Below are positions 49,158 to 58,304 of a stretch of 64,000 nt of DNA, piece after piece. Each line of letters starts with the position of its first letter. The stretch's first letter is position 1. The stretch lies in the IMG/VR virus record IMGVR_UViG_2600255140_000004, positions 28,658 to 92,657 of that record; one strand, given 5' to 3'. This DNA is from a virus. Its lineage: Duplodnaviria; Caudoviricetes. The notes under the pieces were generated by a model that was not told the origin of the DNA, ran no database searches, and worked only from the letters and a program-made list of their open reading frames with translations. Both the position numbers and the translations under genes were made by a program.

Positions 49158-50432
49158 ATGAAAAATAAATGTTTCCAGATGATAGCCATTGCGGGAGCTG
49201 TTCTCATGGCGGCGTATATTGGGATATCGTTCATATATCCGCTTGTAATAGGCGTGCTGTCCGAGAAAAGCCCTGTTGTCGGGATTGAGGCGGCAAACAG
49301 GAAAGAGTACGCAGTAAATGAAGAATTGAAAAAACGTGACTTTGAAGTGTCGGCCATACATGAGAATGGCATGGAAACCCGGCTTTCGGGAAACGAGTTT
49401 GATTTGTCCGGCAAAAAACTCAAACCATATGGGCGAGGCACAAAAATCACTGTTACACTAAAAGGAGATAAGGGAATGTCCTGTACGGTACTGGTAAAGA
49501 ACCGACGGGAAAAACTAGAGGCTTTCGATTGCGGGTCGCCAGCGGTCGGGGATGTGAGTGCCGTCCTATACTCAAATGGGGAGCTGAGCTTTGAAGGGGC
49601 GGGAGAAGTGCTGCAGTTTAATGAGGGGAGCTTTCCATGGCAGGAATCCGATCATGCGAATGAGATCCGGTATGTGACGTTTGGCGAAGGGGTAAGACCG
49701 ACGAGCCTGGATTATTTCTTTGCCGGCTTGGAAAATCTCTCTTATGTATCCCCCATTCCCGCGTCCGTGACAAGCATGTCAGGCACATTCGCAGATTGTG
49801 CCGCACTAAAAGAGGCGCCGGATTGGAGTGCCTGTGACGGGCTCCTTGACCTGTCCGGCTGTTATGAGGACTGCAGCAGTCTGGTTTCCGTGCCCGCCGT
49901 TCCGACCTCCGTGCGTACCCTGACTTCCGCATTTGCCGGATGTTCCTCGCTGCAGGCAGCTCCGGACCTGTCGGGCGCGGAGTCTGTGCTGGCGGCGGGT
50001 TTTGCGTTCAAGGATTGCGGGCAGCTCGTGACGGTGACGCTCCCGCCTGGCGTGGCAGATATCAGCGGCATGTTTGAAGGGTGTATTAATTTGAAGGACA
50101 TGCCTGAGATCCCCACGAGCGTCACGAACATGAATGGGGCGTTTAACGGCGCGCTGTCATTATCCACGTTGACGGTCATCCCGGAGCATGTACAGGATGC
50201 GGGAGCCTGTTTTGGGGGCTGCGGGAAGATTAGCGGCGTGTTGTGGGTGGACGGGAATCCCCAGGAGTTCGGGGGGTGTTTCCAGGACGCAGCCGTTGCG
50301 ACGACCGTTGACCTGCAGGGAAATTCGTCGCTGATGGATGCGCTTGCGAATACAGGCACGAACATTACCGTGAACGGGAATATGCCAGATCCGGAGATTC
50401 AGGATTACGATGACGTGTTCCCCGATGGATAG
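49158..50432 (+). CDS. Membrane-anchored BspA/DUF285-like leucine-rich-repeat surface protein
   Basis: N-terminal TM; repeated PxSVTxMxGxFxxCxxL. Confidence 0.8.
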   Translation: MKNKCFQMIAIAGAVLMAAYIGISFIYPLVIGVLSEKSPVVGIEAANRKEYAVNEELKKRDFEVSAIHENGMETRLSGNEFDLSGKKLKPYGRGTKITVTLKGDKGMSCTVLVKNRREKLEAFDCGSPAVGDVSAVLYSNGELSFEGAGEVLQFNEGSFPWQESDHANEIRYVTFGEGVRPTSLDYFFAGLENLSYVSPIPASVTSMSGTFADCAALKEAPDWSACDGLLDLSGCYEDCSSLVSVPAVPTSVRTLTSAFAGCSSLQAAPDLSGAESVLAAGFAFKDCGQLVTVTLPPGVADISGMFEGCINLKDMPEIPTSVTNMNGAFNGALSLSTLTVIPEHVQDAGACFGGCGKISGVLWVDGNPQEFGGCFQDAAVATTVDLQGNSSLMDALANTGTNITVNGNMPDPEIQDYDDVFPDG

Positions 50433-50519
50433 ATGCAACCGCAGGGCTCCCTGCGGTTTTTTCCTGCCTGTTTGTACATATTTCTGAAGAAATAATTTCA
50501 TTAAGAAGGAGGAAGAAAA

Positions 50520-53500
50520 ATGGGTATCTTACATGTACACAGTATGTATTCTTTACACGATTCGGCACAAACACCAAAAGAGATTGTCGCAAAGGCAAAA
50601 GAGCTGGGGGTTAAAAGCATTGCCCTCACAGACCACGGGACCCTTCTTGGGATTCCCTCATTTATGAAAGCGGGTGCGGAGTACGGGATCAATGCCGTTC
50701 CTGGCTGTGAGTTTTATTTGGAAGGAATGGAGCATCTGGTCATAGTTGCCAAAGATTACGAAGGGTATGTCGCAATCAGCAGGGCATTGCGGGACGCCTG
50801 GCGCAGCCGGATCCAGTCAGCGTCCAAGCGATGGTATCCCGTGCTGACAGAAGAAGTGATGCGCCGGCATTTTGAGGGCAACCGGCATGTGTTTGCTACC
50901 ACTGCCTGTATCGGCGGCCCGATAGCCCGTATCCTGCTGACCAATTTCCGGCTGCGGAAGAAAATGGAAAGATCACGCCTTAAAGCGGAGGAATACCGGG
51001 CATCTTTTGAGGAATGGCAGCAATGGAACGCGGAGTATCTCGCCTGTGTGGAAAAAATCAAGGAGCTGAAAGCGGAATCGGCGGAGTATGCGCCGTATCT
51101 GACCCGTAATTACCAGAAAAAACTTAAGGACCCCGGACAGATTACTTTTGGTGAGGATATGGAGCTAAAGCAGGATGACGGGATGCAGCTTGTTGAACAT
51201 GCGAAGAAAGCAGTCGCTGAGATCAAGGCAGAGATTGATGAACTGTCCGGACGCAGGAAGAATGCTAAGGCGATGGCTGATAAGCGCAAAGCAAGGAAAG
51301 AGCGCTATGAGTCGCTCGTGGGCGGGGAGCTGGAGTATGTGGGAGAAACAGACTTGACCCGTTCCGCAAAAGCAAAGCTGGCAGTTCTTTCCGGAATCTT
51401 CCCGGATTTTTATGTGGAACTGCAGAACCATGGCATGGAGGAGGAACTGGCGGTCATGCCCCGGCTTGCGGCGCTTGCAGCGGAGCTGGGAATCCCCGTG
51501 ATTGCGGCAAATGACGCGCATATCCCTGACCCGTCCGAAGACGCCGTGCGTAGCAGGAAGATCCTGAGATTCCGGTATTTTCAAAAAGCAGAGCCAGTAA
51601 CGGATGCCGACCGGGAGATGTATATTAAATCCCCGGAAGAACTGTTCCGGGCTCTCAGCAATGCGGTAGGGGAAGAGACGGCAGCAAAGGCCCTGGAAAA
51701 CACCAGCATACTTGAGGACTGCCAGGTCGTATTCCCAAAGGCCGGGCATTATCCGGCAGTAAAGGATGGCGAGGCGGAATTTGACCGTCTGATCGCGGAA
51801 GCAAAGGCACAGATGCAGGAGAAAGGCGCATGGGATCCAGCCCGTGAACAGCGCCTGGAACATGAAGTACGGATCATTAAACGTATGGGATATGTTGATT
51901 ACCATTTGATTGTGCGTGATTTCTGCAACATGGCCAGGATCCTGGGCGGCGTGCCCAAATCCGAGATTGCCAATATCCCGAATGATTTCTCCAAAGCGGA
52001 AGACTGGTGCAGGAAGAAAGGGTTCTCAGCCGGTGTCGGCGTGGGGCCGGGCAGGGGTTCGGCAGTGGGCAGTGAGGTCTGCTATCTGCTCGGGATTACG
52101 AACGTGGATCCGGTCCGGTATGACCTGCTGTTCGAGAGGTTCTTGAACCCGGAGCGGGTCAGCATGCCTGACATTGACACAGACATAAAAACAAGCCTAC
52201 GTCCGGTGATCATCCAGTATGTGAAGTGGAAGTTCGGCGAAAATGCCGTTGTATCAATTGCAACGGCGGATACATATGCTGCCAAGAGCGCGCTGCAGAC
52301 CGCGGCGCGGAACATCGCGAGTGAGCTGTATGACAGCGATAAGGAGCTGACCAAGGCAGAACGGGATGAAAGGAAACGGAAGTTCGCAAAACACGGCTAC
52401 CGGCTTTCCGACCTGGTGACAGGCGATAACCTCGAAGGTTCGGAAACAGCGATACTCAGTGCATGTAGCACCCCGGAAGAGGAGCGCATCTACCATGACG
52501 CGCGGCTGATCGAGGGGAGGCTTGCAGGCACGGGTATGCACGCGGGAGGTGTTGTAATCTCGGATAACAAGGATATCTGTGATTACATGCCGCTGCACTG
52601 GGTAGAGGAGAAACAGTCGTGGGCAACACAATGTGACATGCTGGAAGTGGAGGAACACGGACTCCTTAAAATGGATGTGCTTGGCTCGGCAACCTTGGAT
52701 CTGATCTCAGACTGCCTGCAGCTCATCAGGCAGCAGCATGGTCTGGAGATAGACGTGAATGCGCTTGAGGAGGATCCGGATGTGTTCCGGGAGATTTATG
52801 CAAAAGGACGGACGAATTCGGTGTTCCAGTTTGAATCATCGGGCATGAAGCAAATGCTCAAGAAGTTCAGGCCAGAGAGCATTGAGGACCTGATCCTCTT
52901 AAATGCCTGTTTCCGACCGGGTCCGCTCCAGTATTTGGACAGCATTATTGAGGTAAAAAACACAGGGCGGCGTAAAGAGTCATGCCTGACGAAGATCCCA
53001 GAGCTACAGCCAATCCTGGCACATACATATGGCTATCCCATATACCAGGAACAGGTCATGCAGATTTTCCAGAAACTCGCAGGATATTCCCTTGGCGGGG
53101 CGGACATGGTACGCCGTGCCATGAGCAAGAAGAAGACCGAGAAACTCGCAGTTGAACGCAAGGCGTTCCTGTACGGGGACGAGGCGCAGGGAATCCGCGG
53201 CTGCCAGGCGAACGGGATTGACGTAGTGCTGGCAGGGCAGGTTTTTGACCAGTTGATGGATTTCGCAAAATACGGGTTCAACCGATCCCATGCAGCGGCG
53301 TATACGATCGTGTCGTATCAGACTGCATGGCTGAAGTACCATTACCCCAAGGAATTCCTCTGTGCCATGTTCGGGAATGAGGATATCTCCGATTATGGCA
53401 GGATCATGGAGGAATGCGAAGCGCTGGATGTAAAGGTGCTGCCTCCTGACATCAACCGCTCGTCATTTGACTTTACGATTGAGGATGGAAAGATACGTTT

Positions 53501-54359
53501 CGGTTTCGGCGGGATCAGAGGAATTGCTGACCGTTCGGCCATAAACAGGATTGCAGTCGGGAACAGCCGCAGGGTGCAGGCGTACCGGTCGCTTTCGGAA
53601 TTCCTCGCACACACAGGGAGCAGCCTGGACAAGAGGCTCATGGAAGCGCTGATCAAAAGCGGATGTTTCGACAGGTTTGTTGCGGACCGGAAAAAAGCGT
53701 TTGATTTTTATGGAAATGGGAACTGTACGGAGAAAGAGGAGGCGTATCTGCGTGCCTCCGCAGTAAAGGATGTAAATTACAATATGGAGCAGGAGGAAAA
53801 GTACCTGGGTGCAGGAATCAGCGAAGACCCGTTGGACGGCTATCCGGATGACCTTGAGTGCGGATGCGTGCCTATGGACGCGCTGGAGGATGGCAATGGC
53901 TCTGTTTACGGGTATGTCACCAATGCCGCGCTCACGGTGAGCAGGAACGGCAGGGAGATGCTGGTGCTGTCTATACGGGGAAGGCGCGGGAAAATGGACG
54001 CACTGTTCCTGGGGGCTGCATACCAGCGGTTCTCAGGCAGTTACGGGCGGTGGCAGAATGCAGTGGTCCGTGTGACGGGAAGGATCAGCGGGGAAAGGAT
54101 GTTTGTGGAGTCCGTATCGTATATGTCAAAAAGCGGCACAAGGTTTTATGTGCGAATTGACTCCGAGGAAAAGGCAAAGGGATTCCTCGCCGCACGCCGG
54201 AAGCATGAAGGCGAACCCGGATTATGCCGGCTCGTCATGGATGTCAGCGTGGGAAACAGCAGCGGCGCATACCGGGCAATCTGTCCCAGGCTTGTAGAAA
54301 CGCATGTGCCAGAATCTGTTGTGGAAGAAGTTGGTGCGATGCAGTATAAATTTACCTAA
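50520..54359 (+). CDS. dnaE: DNA polymerase III alpha subunit
   Basis: PHP (HVHSMYSLHD, LTDHG, ANDAH), GRGSAVGS, PDIDTD, KMDVLG, YGFNRSHA. Confidence 0.95.
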   Translation: MGILHVHSMYSLHDSAQTPKEIVAKAKELGVKSIALTDHGTLLGIPSFMKAGAEYGINAVPGCEFYLEGMEHLVIVAKDYEGYVAISRALRDAWRSRIQSASKRWYPVLTEEVMRRHFEGNRHVFATTACIGGPIARILLTNFRLRKKMERSRLKAEEYRASFEEWQQWNAEYLACVEKIKELKAESAEYAPYLTRNYQKKLKDPGQITFGEDMELKQDDGMQLVEHAKKAVAEIKAEIDELSGRRKNAKAMADKRKARKERYESLVGGELEYVGETDLTRSAKAKLAVLSGIFPDFYVELQNHGMEEELAVMPRLAALAAELGIPVIAANDAHIPDPSEDAVRSRKILRFRYFQKAEPVTDADREMYIKSPEELFRALSNAVGEETAAKALENTSILEDCQVVFPKAGHYPAVKDGEAEFDRLIAEAKAQMQEKGAWDPAREQRLEHEVRIIKRMGYVDYHLIVRDFCNMARILGGVPKSEIANIPNDFSKAEDWCRKKGFSAGVGVGPGRGSAVGSEVCYLLGITNVDPVRYDLLFERFLNPERVSMPDIDTDIKTSLRPVIIQYVKWKFGENAVVSIATADTYAAKSALQTAARNIASELYDSDKELTKAERDERKRKFAKHGYRLSDLVTGDNLEGSETAILSACSTPEEERIYHDARLIEGRLAGTGMHAGGVVISDNKDICDYMPLHWVEEKQSWATQCDMLEVEEHGLLKMDVLGSATLDLISDCLQLIRQQHGLEIDVNALEEDPDVFREIYAKGRTNSVFQFESSGMKQMLKKFRPESIEDLILLNACFRPGPLQYLDSIIEVKNTGRRKESCLTKIPELQPILAHTYGYPIYQEQVMQIFQKLAGYSLGGADMVRRAMSKKKTEKLAVERKAFLYGDEAQGIRGCQANGIDVVLAGQVFDQLMDFAKYGFNRSHAAAYTIVSYQTAWLKYHYPKEFLCAMFGNEDISDYGRIMEECEALDVKVLPPDINRSSFDFTIEDGKIRFGFGGIRGIADRSAINRIAVGNSRRVQAYRSLSEFLAHTGSSLDKRLMEALIKSGCFDRFVADRKKAFDFYGNGNCTEKEEAYLRASAVKDVNYNMEQEEKYLGAGISEDPLDGYPDDLECGCVPMDALEDGNGSVYGYVTNAALTVSRNGREMLVLSIRGRRGKMDALFLGAAYQRFSGSYGRWQNAVVRVTGRISGERMFVESVSYMSKSGTRFYVRIDSEEKAKGFLAARRKHEGEPGLCRLVMDVSVGNSSGAYRAICPRLVETHVPESVVEEVGAMQYKFT

Positions 54360-54376
54360 AAAGGAAGGCCCGGCAG

Positions 54377-55030
54377 TTATCTGCCGGACTTTTTCCATTG
54401 TTTCTCGAATTTGTAATACCCGTAATAAAGATCGGATCCCCGCTCCTGCGTCGTGACGCTGTGGATCACATCGCAAATGTCAATGGACAGGATGTCCCTT
54501 GGTGTCTTCAGGCGGTGGATGTCAAGGAACTGGTTTCCCTGTTCAGAGAGGAAAAACCGGTATAGTGCGTCTATGGACGGGAAGGTGCGGTAATGGGTCA
54601 CAAGGTAACGGAAACAGATGCAGTATTTCCAAAATCCCTCGTTGCCAGCGAAATACTCGCGCGGGAATGACATCTCCCCGTCCATGACACGCAGGAACAG
54701 GTCTTCCACGAGTTTCCGCTTGTCAAAATGCACGTCATCCGGGTACAGCAGATGGAGGATATAGGCCGGATCCCCTTCCGTGATCTCTGCCGGCCAGCGG
54801 ATATATTTATTGAGCTTCGTAAGCCTCATCTGGCGGACCATATAGCGGTCGAATTTTTTGATGGTTTCTTCCCTGCTCCAGCCGAGAAGCTCCTCGATGG
54901 CATAACGGAATAGTTTCACGGCAAGTTTCTCGTTAAAGTCGATGGGTTTCTGCCCATGGAAATAAACAGGGGAAATGTCCTTGTTCCGTCCGATCAGCAC
55001 ATCCTCGTAATCTAAGTATAAGGCATCCAT
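54377..55030 (-). CDS. Hypothetical (DUF4046-like) protein
   Basis: FRYAIEELLGWS..LYPD pattern; AAAGGAGG RBS. Confidence 0.6.
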   Translation of the reverse strand: MDALYLDYEDVLIGRNKDISPVYFHGQKPIDFNEKLAVKLFRYAIEELLGWSREETIKKFDRYMVRQMRLTKLNKYIRWPAEITEGDPAYILHLLYPDDVHFDKRKLVEDLFLRVMDGEMSFPREYFAGNEGFWKYCICFRYLVTHYRTFPSIDALYRFFLSEQGNQFLDIHRLKTPRDILSIDICDVIHSVTTQERGSDLYYGYYKFEKQWKKSGR

Positions 55031-55147
55031 ATAATAAGCCTCCTTTCCAGGCATTTACAATATGGGGTAAAAATGGCTCCAGAACTGCGGCGTTTATAAA
55101 AATTCCATAAAATATCCCTAAAAAGGCGGTATTTTTCACATATTGTC

Positions 55148-57265
55148 ATGGGAGGGGTCATTTTGCAGGGTACCTATTATAAAACGTTATGGAGAAATGA
55201 GTTCTCAGGGGATACACAGTTCCTGTTCTGCCCCGCGTCCTACTGCGCGGAGGCGGAGGACGGGCTGGTTCTGTGCAGGGGGAAGATCGCGGTGTACCAT
55301 TACCGCCTTCCGCTTGCTATGGACGGGCATTTTGAGGGCAGCGTGTTCCTTGTCAGCAGCGCAAGGGCTGACCCGGCGCAGACGGAGCGGATGCTGGAAT
55401 ACCTTTTTGAAGGCTCGCCCCTGACGGATGCGGAAAAACGGAAAGCCTCGGGATGCGGGGATCTCCTTGCTTTTTCAAGGGAACATGGGGAGGCGGGATG
55501 GTATGGAATTCTGGGCGATAAGCAGAAAGCACATGCGGCAGTAAGGGGCTGCGAGAGGCTGAATGCACAGCAGGAGGTGTCGGAACTGTGTGCCAGGCAT
55601 GGGATCCTGCCGGGAGAGGCGGATGCGCTCATCCGGTGCGGGGCTACTTTGCACCGTCTGAGGCAGAATGCTTATCTTCTTTTTTTCGCTGCAGGGATCC
55701 ACATATATAAGGCGGACTCCGTGATGTCAGAACTGAACCCTGGTTTTACTGCATACCACCCATCACGGGTTTACGGCTATGTCCTTGATGCCATGCGCCT
55801 GAACGAACAGTGCGGGAATCCCTGCATTGCCCTGGAATCTCTGTGCGTGCTGGTCAGGCGGAGGATGGGGCGGTCCGGGCTTGGCGGGAATATCAGCCTT
55901 GCCATGCTGGGTGTCGTGCTTTTGGAAAAGCGCAAAGTATTATCCAGCATCGTGTATGGCGGGCATGTCCTGCTTTACCGCGCCGCTGCCCTTGGGGAAG
56001 AAAATACCGTGATCCGGAACATCCTGCGGCTGAACCGGACGGCAGGGCGGATCACGGGGCATGTGGATGTCAGGGAGGCTGAAACGTTTGCCGGGTTCCG
56101 GTTTACGGAAGGGCAGGCAGCGGCATTCCGGCTGTTGGAAACGGGAGGCGTGAAGATCCTGACAGGCCCGCCCGGCAGCGGGAAAACTGCCCTGGTGCAG
56201 GCTCTGATCCGTGCATACCGGAAGGCGTCAGGAAACCGTCCGGTGCGGCTTGCAGCGACGACAGGCAGGGCGGCACAGGTCATGGCGGAAACGTGCGGCG
56301 AGAAAGCAGAGACACTGCACCGTTTATTGGATATCCGCCCGTTCGGGGATACGGTCCATTCGAAGGACGAGAACCATCCGGTAGAGGCAGGGATGGTCGT
56401 GGTTGACGAGGTGTCCATGCTTGGGCTGAAACTGTTTTCCATGCTCGTTAAGGCGGTGAAGAGTGGGAGCATCCTGCTACTGGTTGGCGACAGCGACCAG
56501 TTGCAGAGCGTCGAATATGGGAACGTTCTCAGGGATTTGTCGGGCGTGGTTGAAACCTGTACCCTTACGGAAACCATGCGGCAGTCGGGAACGATCTATG
56601 CCAATGCACAAAGGGTGAACTGCGGGAATCCGGTATTTGAAGAGGACGGTTCCTTCCATATTTATGAATGTGCGGATGAAATACAGGCACGTTCAAAGCT
56701 GTGGGAGAATGCCGTGCCTGGGAAGGACATGCTGCTTACGACGGTCACGCGCGGCACGCTTGGCACGCACGAGCTGAACAGGGAAGCGCAGAAACGGTGC
56801 GGGCGCGGCGGCGCTCACCTGTCTTACGGGGATGACTGCTATTATGCCGGGGATGCCGTCATCATGACGAAAACATGTTATGAGAAAGGGTATTACAACG
56901 GTGACATCGGCATCATCAAAACGGTTGGTGACGGATTGGATGTGCAGTTTGCCGGACGGCGGATCCTGCTGGGGAAGACGGATTACCCCCACCTTGCGCT
57001 TGCATACTGTGTGACCATACATAAATCCCAGGGTTCCGAATTCGGGCGCGTACACGTCATCCTCCCCCCGGAACCAGATATCATGCTGACCCGGAGGCTC
57101 CTGTACACAGCCATGACCAGGGCGAAACGGGAGGTATCCATTTACAGCATCAATGGCTCCATGGCCCGCGCCGTCAGCAATGCATCCGAACGCCCGAGGA
57201 TTTCCGTCCTTGGCGGGCGTCTCATGCTGGAAGCATCGTGCCAGGACAAATGCACAGGGAAATAA
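55148..57265 (+). CDS. RecD2-like SF1B helicase
   Basis: TGPPGSGKT, ATTGRAA, VVDEVSML, VGDSDQL, TIHKSQGSEF, LLYTAMTRAK. Confidence 0.92.
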   Translation: MGGVILQGTYYKTLWRNEFSGDTQFLFCPASYCAEAEDGLVLCRGKIAVYHYRLPLAMDGHFEGSVFLVSSARADPAQTERMLEYLFEGSPLTDAEKRKASGCGDLLAFSREHGEAGWYGILGDKQKAHAAVRGCERLNAQQEVSELCARHGILPGEADALIRCGATLHRLRQNAYLLFFAAGIHIYKADSVMSELNPGFTAYHPSRVYGYVLDAMRLNEQCGNPCIALESLCVLVRRRMGRSGLGGNISLAMLGVVLLEKRKVLSSIVYGGHVLLYRAAALGEENTVIRNILRLNRTAGRITGHVDVREAETFAGFRFTEGQAAAFRLLETGGVKILTGPPGSGKTALVQALIRAYRKASGNRPVRLAATTGRAAQVMAETCGEKAETLHRLLDIRPFGDTVHSKDENHPVEAGMVVVDEVSMLGLKLFSMLVKAVKSGSILLLVGDSDQLQSVEYGNVLRDLSGVVETCTLTETMRQSGTIYANAQRVNCGNPVFEEDGSFHIYECADEIQARSKLWENAVPGKDMLLTTVTRGTLGTHELNREAQKRCGRGGAHLSYGDDCYYAGDAVIMTKTCYEKGYYNGDIGIIKTVGDGLDVQFAGRRILLGKTDYPHLALAYCVTIHKSQGSEFGRVHVILPPEPDIMLTRRLLYTAMTRAKREVSIYSINGSMARAVSNASERPRISVLGGRLMLEASCQDKCTGK

Positions 57266-57303
57266 GTAGTATCCTAAAACTAATCTTTTAAGGAGGCATA
57301 AAT

Positions 57304-58287
57304 TTGATGAATGGAAAATTGGGGACATACGAACTGGAAAGCATTGTAATGTCAGGGAAACAGGTTGAACTCCCTTTGGGGCTGCTCGACCCGTCCCCGT
57401 GTAACAGTTTCGAAATAAGCGATATAGATGAAATGAAGAGCTGGATCATGAGCGCCGGGCTCCTTACCCCGCTGTCCGTGATCGGGCCGGACGAAAAAGG
57501 GCGTTATGAGATCATATCAGGGGAGCGCAGGTATACCGCGATCCGTGAGCTGGAAAGCGAGGGACTCAGGAAAACTGATACCGTGCCGTGTTATGTGATC
57601 GGCGGCTGGGATATGAGCGAGACGGAGAAACGGCTGCTGATCGAAGTGGCAAACATCACGAACAGGGGAAGTTCCGCCGTGCATTCCCACCGCTTTGAAG
57701 TCATCCGCCTTTTGAAGGAATTGGAGGATACGGAACCGGAAAAGTACGGGAACGCGCTGGAATCGGCGACAAAGTACCTGAAAGTCTCTGACCGGTACAG
57801 CCGGATGTATAAGCAGATCTTCCGCTGTGCGAAGGATGACCTTAAGGAACTGGCCGTGTCTGGGAATATCCGTATCAATGACGCGTCACGCCTGAGCACG
57901 CTGCCAGAGGAGGAACAGAAAGCGGCAGTGGAGGAGGTGAAGACGGCAAAAAACGCGCAGGACAAGTCGGAGATTGTATCGAAATACACAGGCAGGGCAC
58001 GGCAGGAGAAACCGGATTTCCCCGCAAAATCACAGTGGTCACTCAGCGACCTTGACAGCGGGGAATATGATTATCTGCTTGAAGAATGCGGCGAGGATCC
58101 GGATCTTGATGTCGATGGGATGGGAAATGCCCCGAAATCAGAGCCCCGTGGGTGTGATGGCCAATATCAGGCAAAGCTCGCGGGAATCATTGAATGGACG
58201 GAGCAGATATTGAAAAAGAGTGAGCTGTCAGACGAGGAATGGGATGCGGTGGATGCCTGCAGGAGGGTGGCTGAGAAATTCCAGTAA
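57304..58287 (+). CDS. ParB/Srx-family protein
   Basis: GLLTPLSV, YEIISGERRYTA. Confidence 0.85.
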   Translation: MMNGKLGTYELESIVMSGKQVELPLGLLDPSPCNSFEISDIDEMKSWIMSAGLLTPLSVIGPDEKGRYEIISGERRYTAIRELESEGLRKTDTVPCYVIGGWDMSETEKRLLIEVANITNRGSSAVHSHRFEVIRLLKELEDTEPEKYGNALESATKYLKVSDRYSRMYKQIFRCAKDDLKELAVSGNIRINDASRLSTLPEEEQKAAVEEVKTAKNAQDKSEIVSKYTGRARQEKPDFPAKSQWSLSDLDSGEYDYLLEECGEDPDLDVDGMGNAPKSEPRGCDGQYQAKLAGIIEWTEQILKKSELSDEEWDAVDACRRVAEKFQ

Positions 58288-58304
58288 AATAGCTGGCAAG
58301 TGTC

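Noticed and set aside
55059-55075. ATGGGGTAAAAATGG as another integrase arm site
   Set aside because: Single copy that overlaps a minus-strand CATATT promoter motif; likely coincidence
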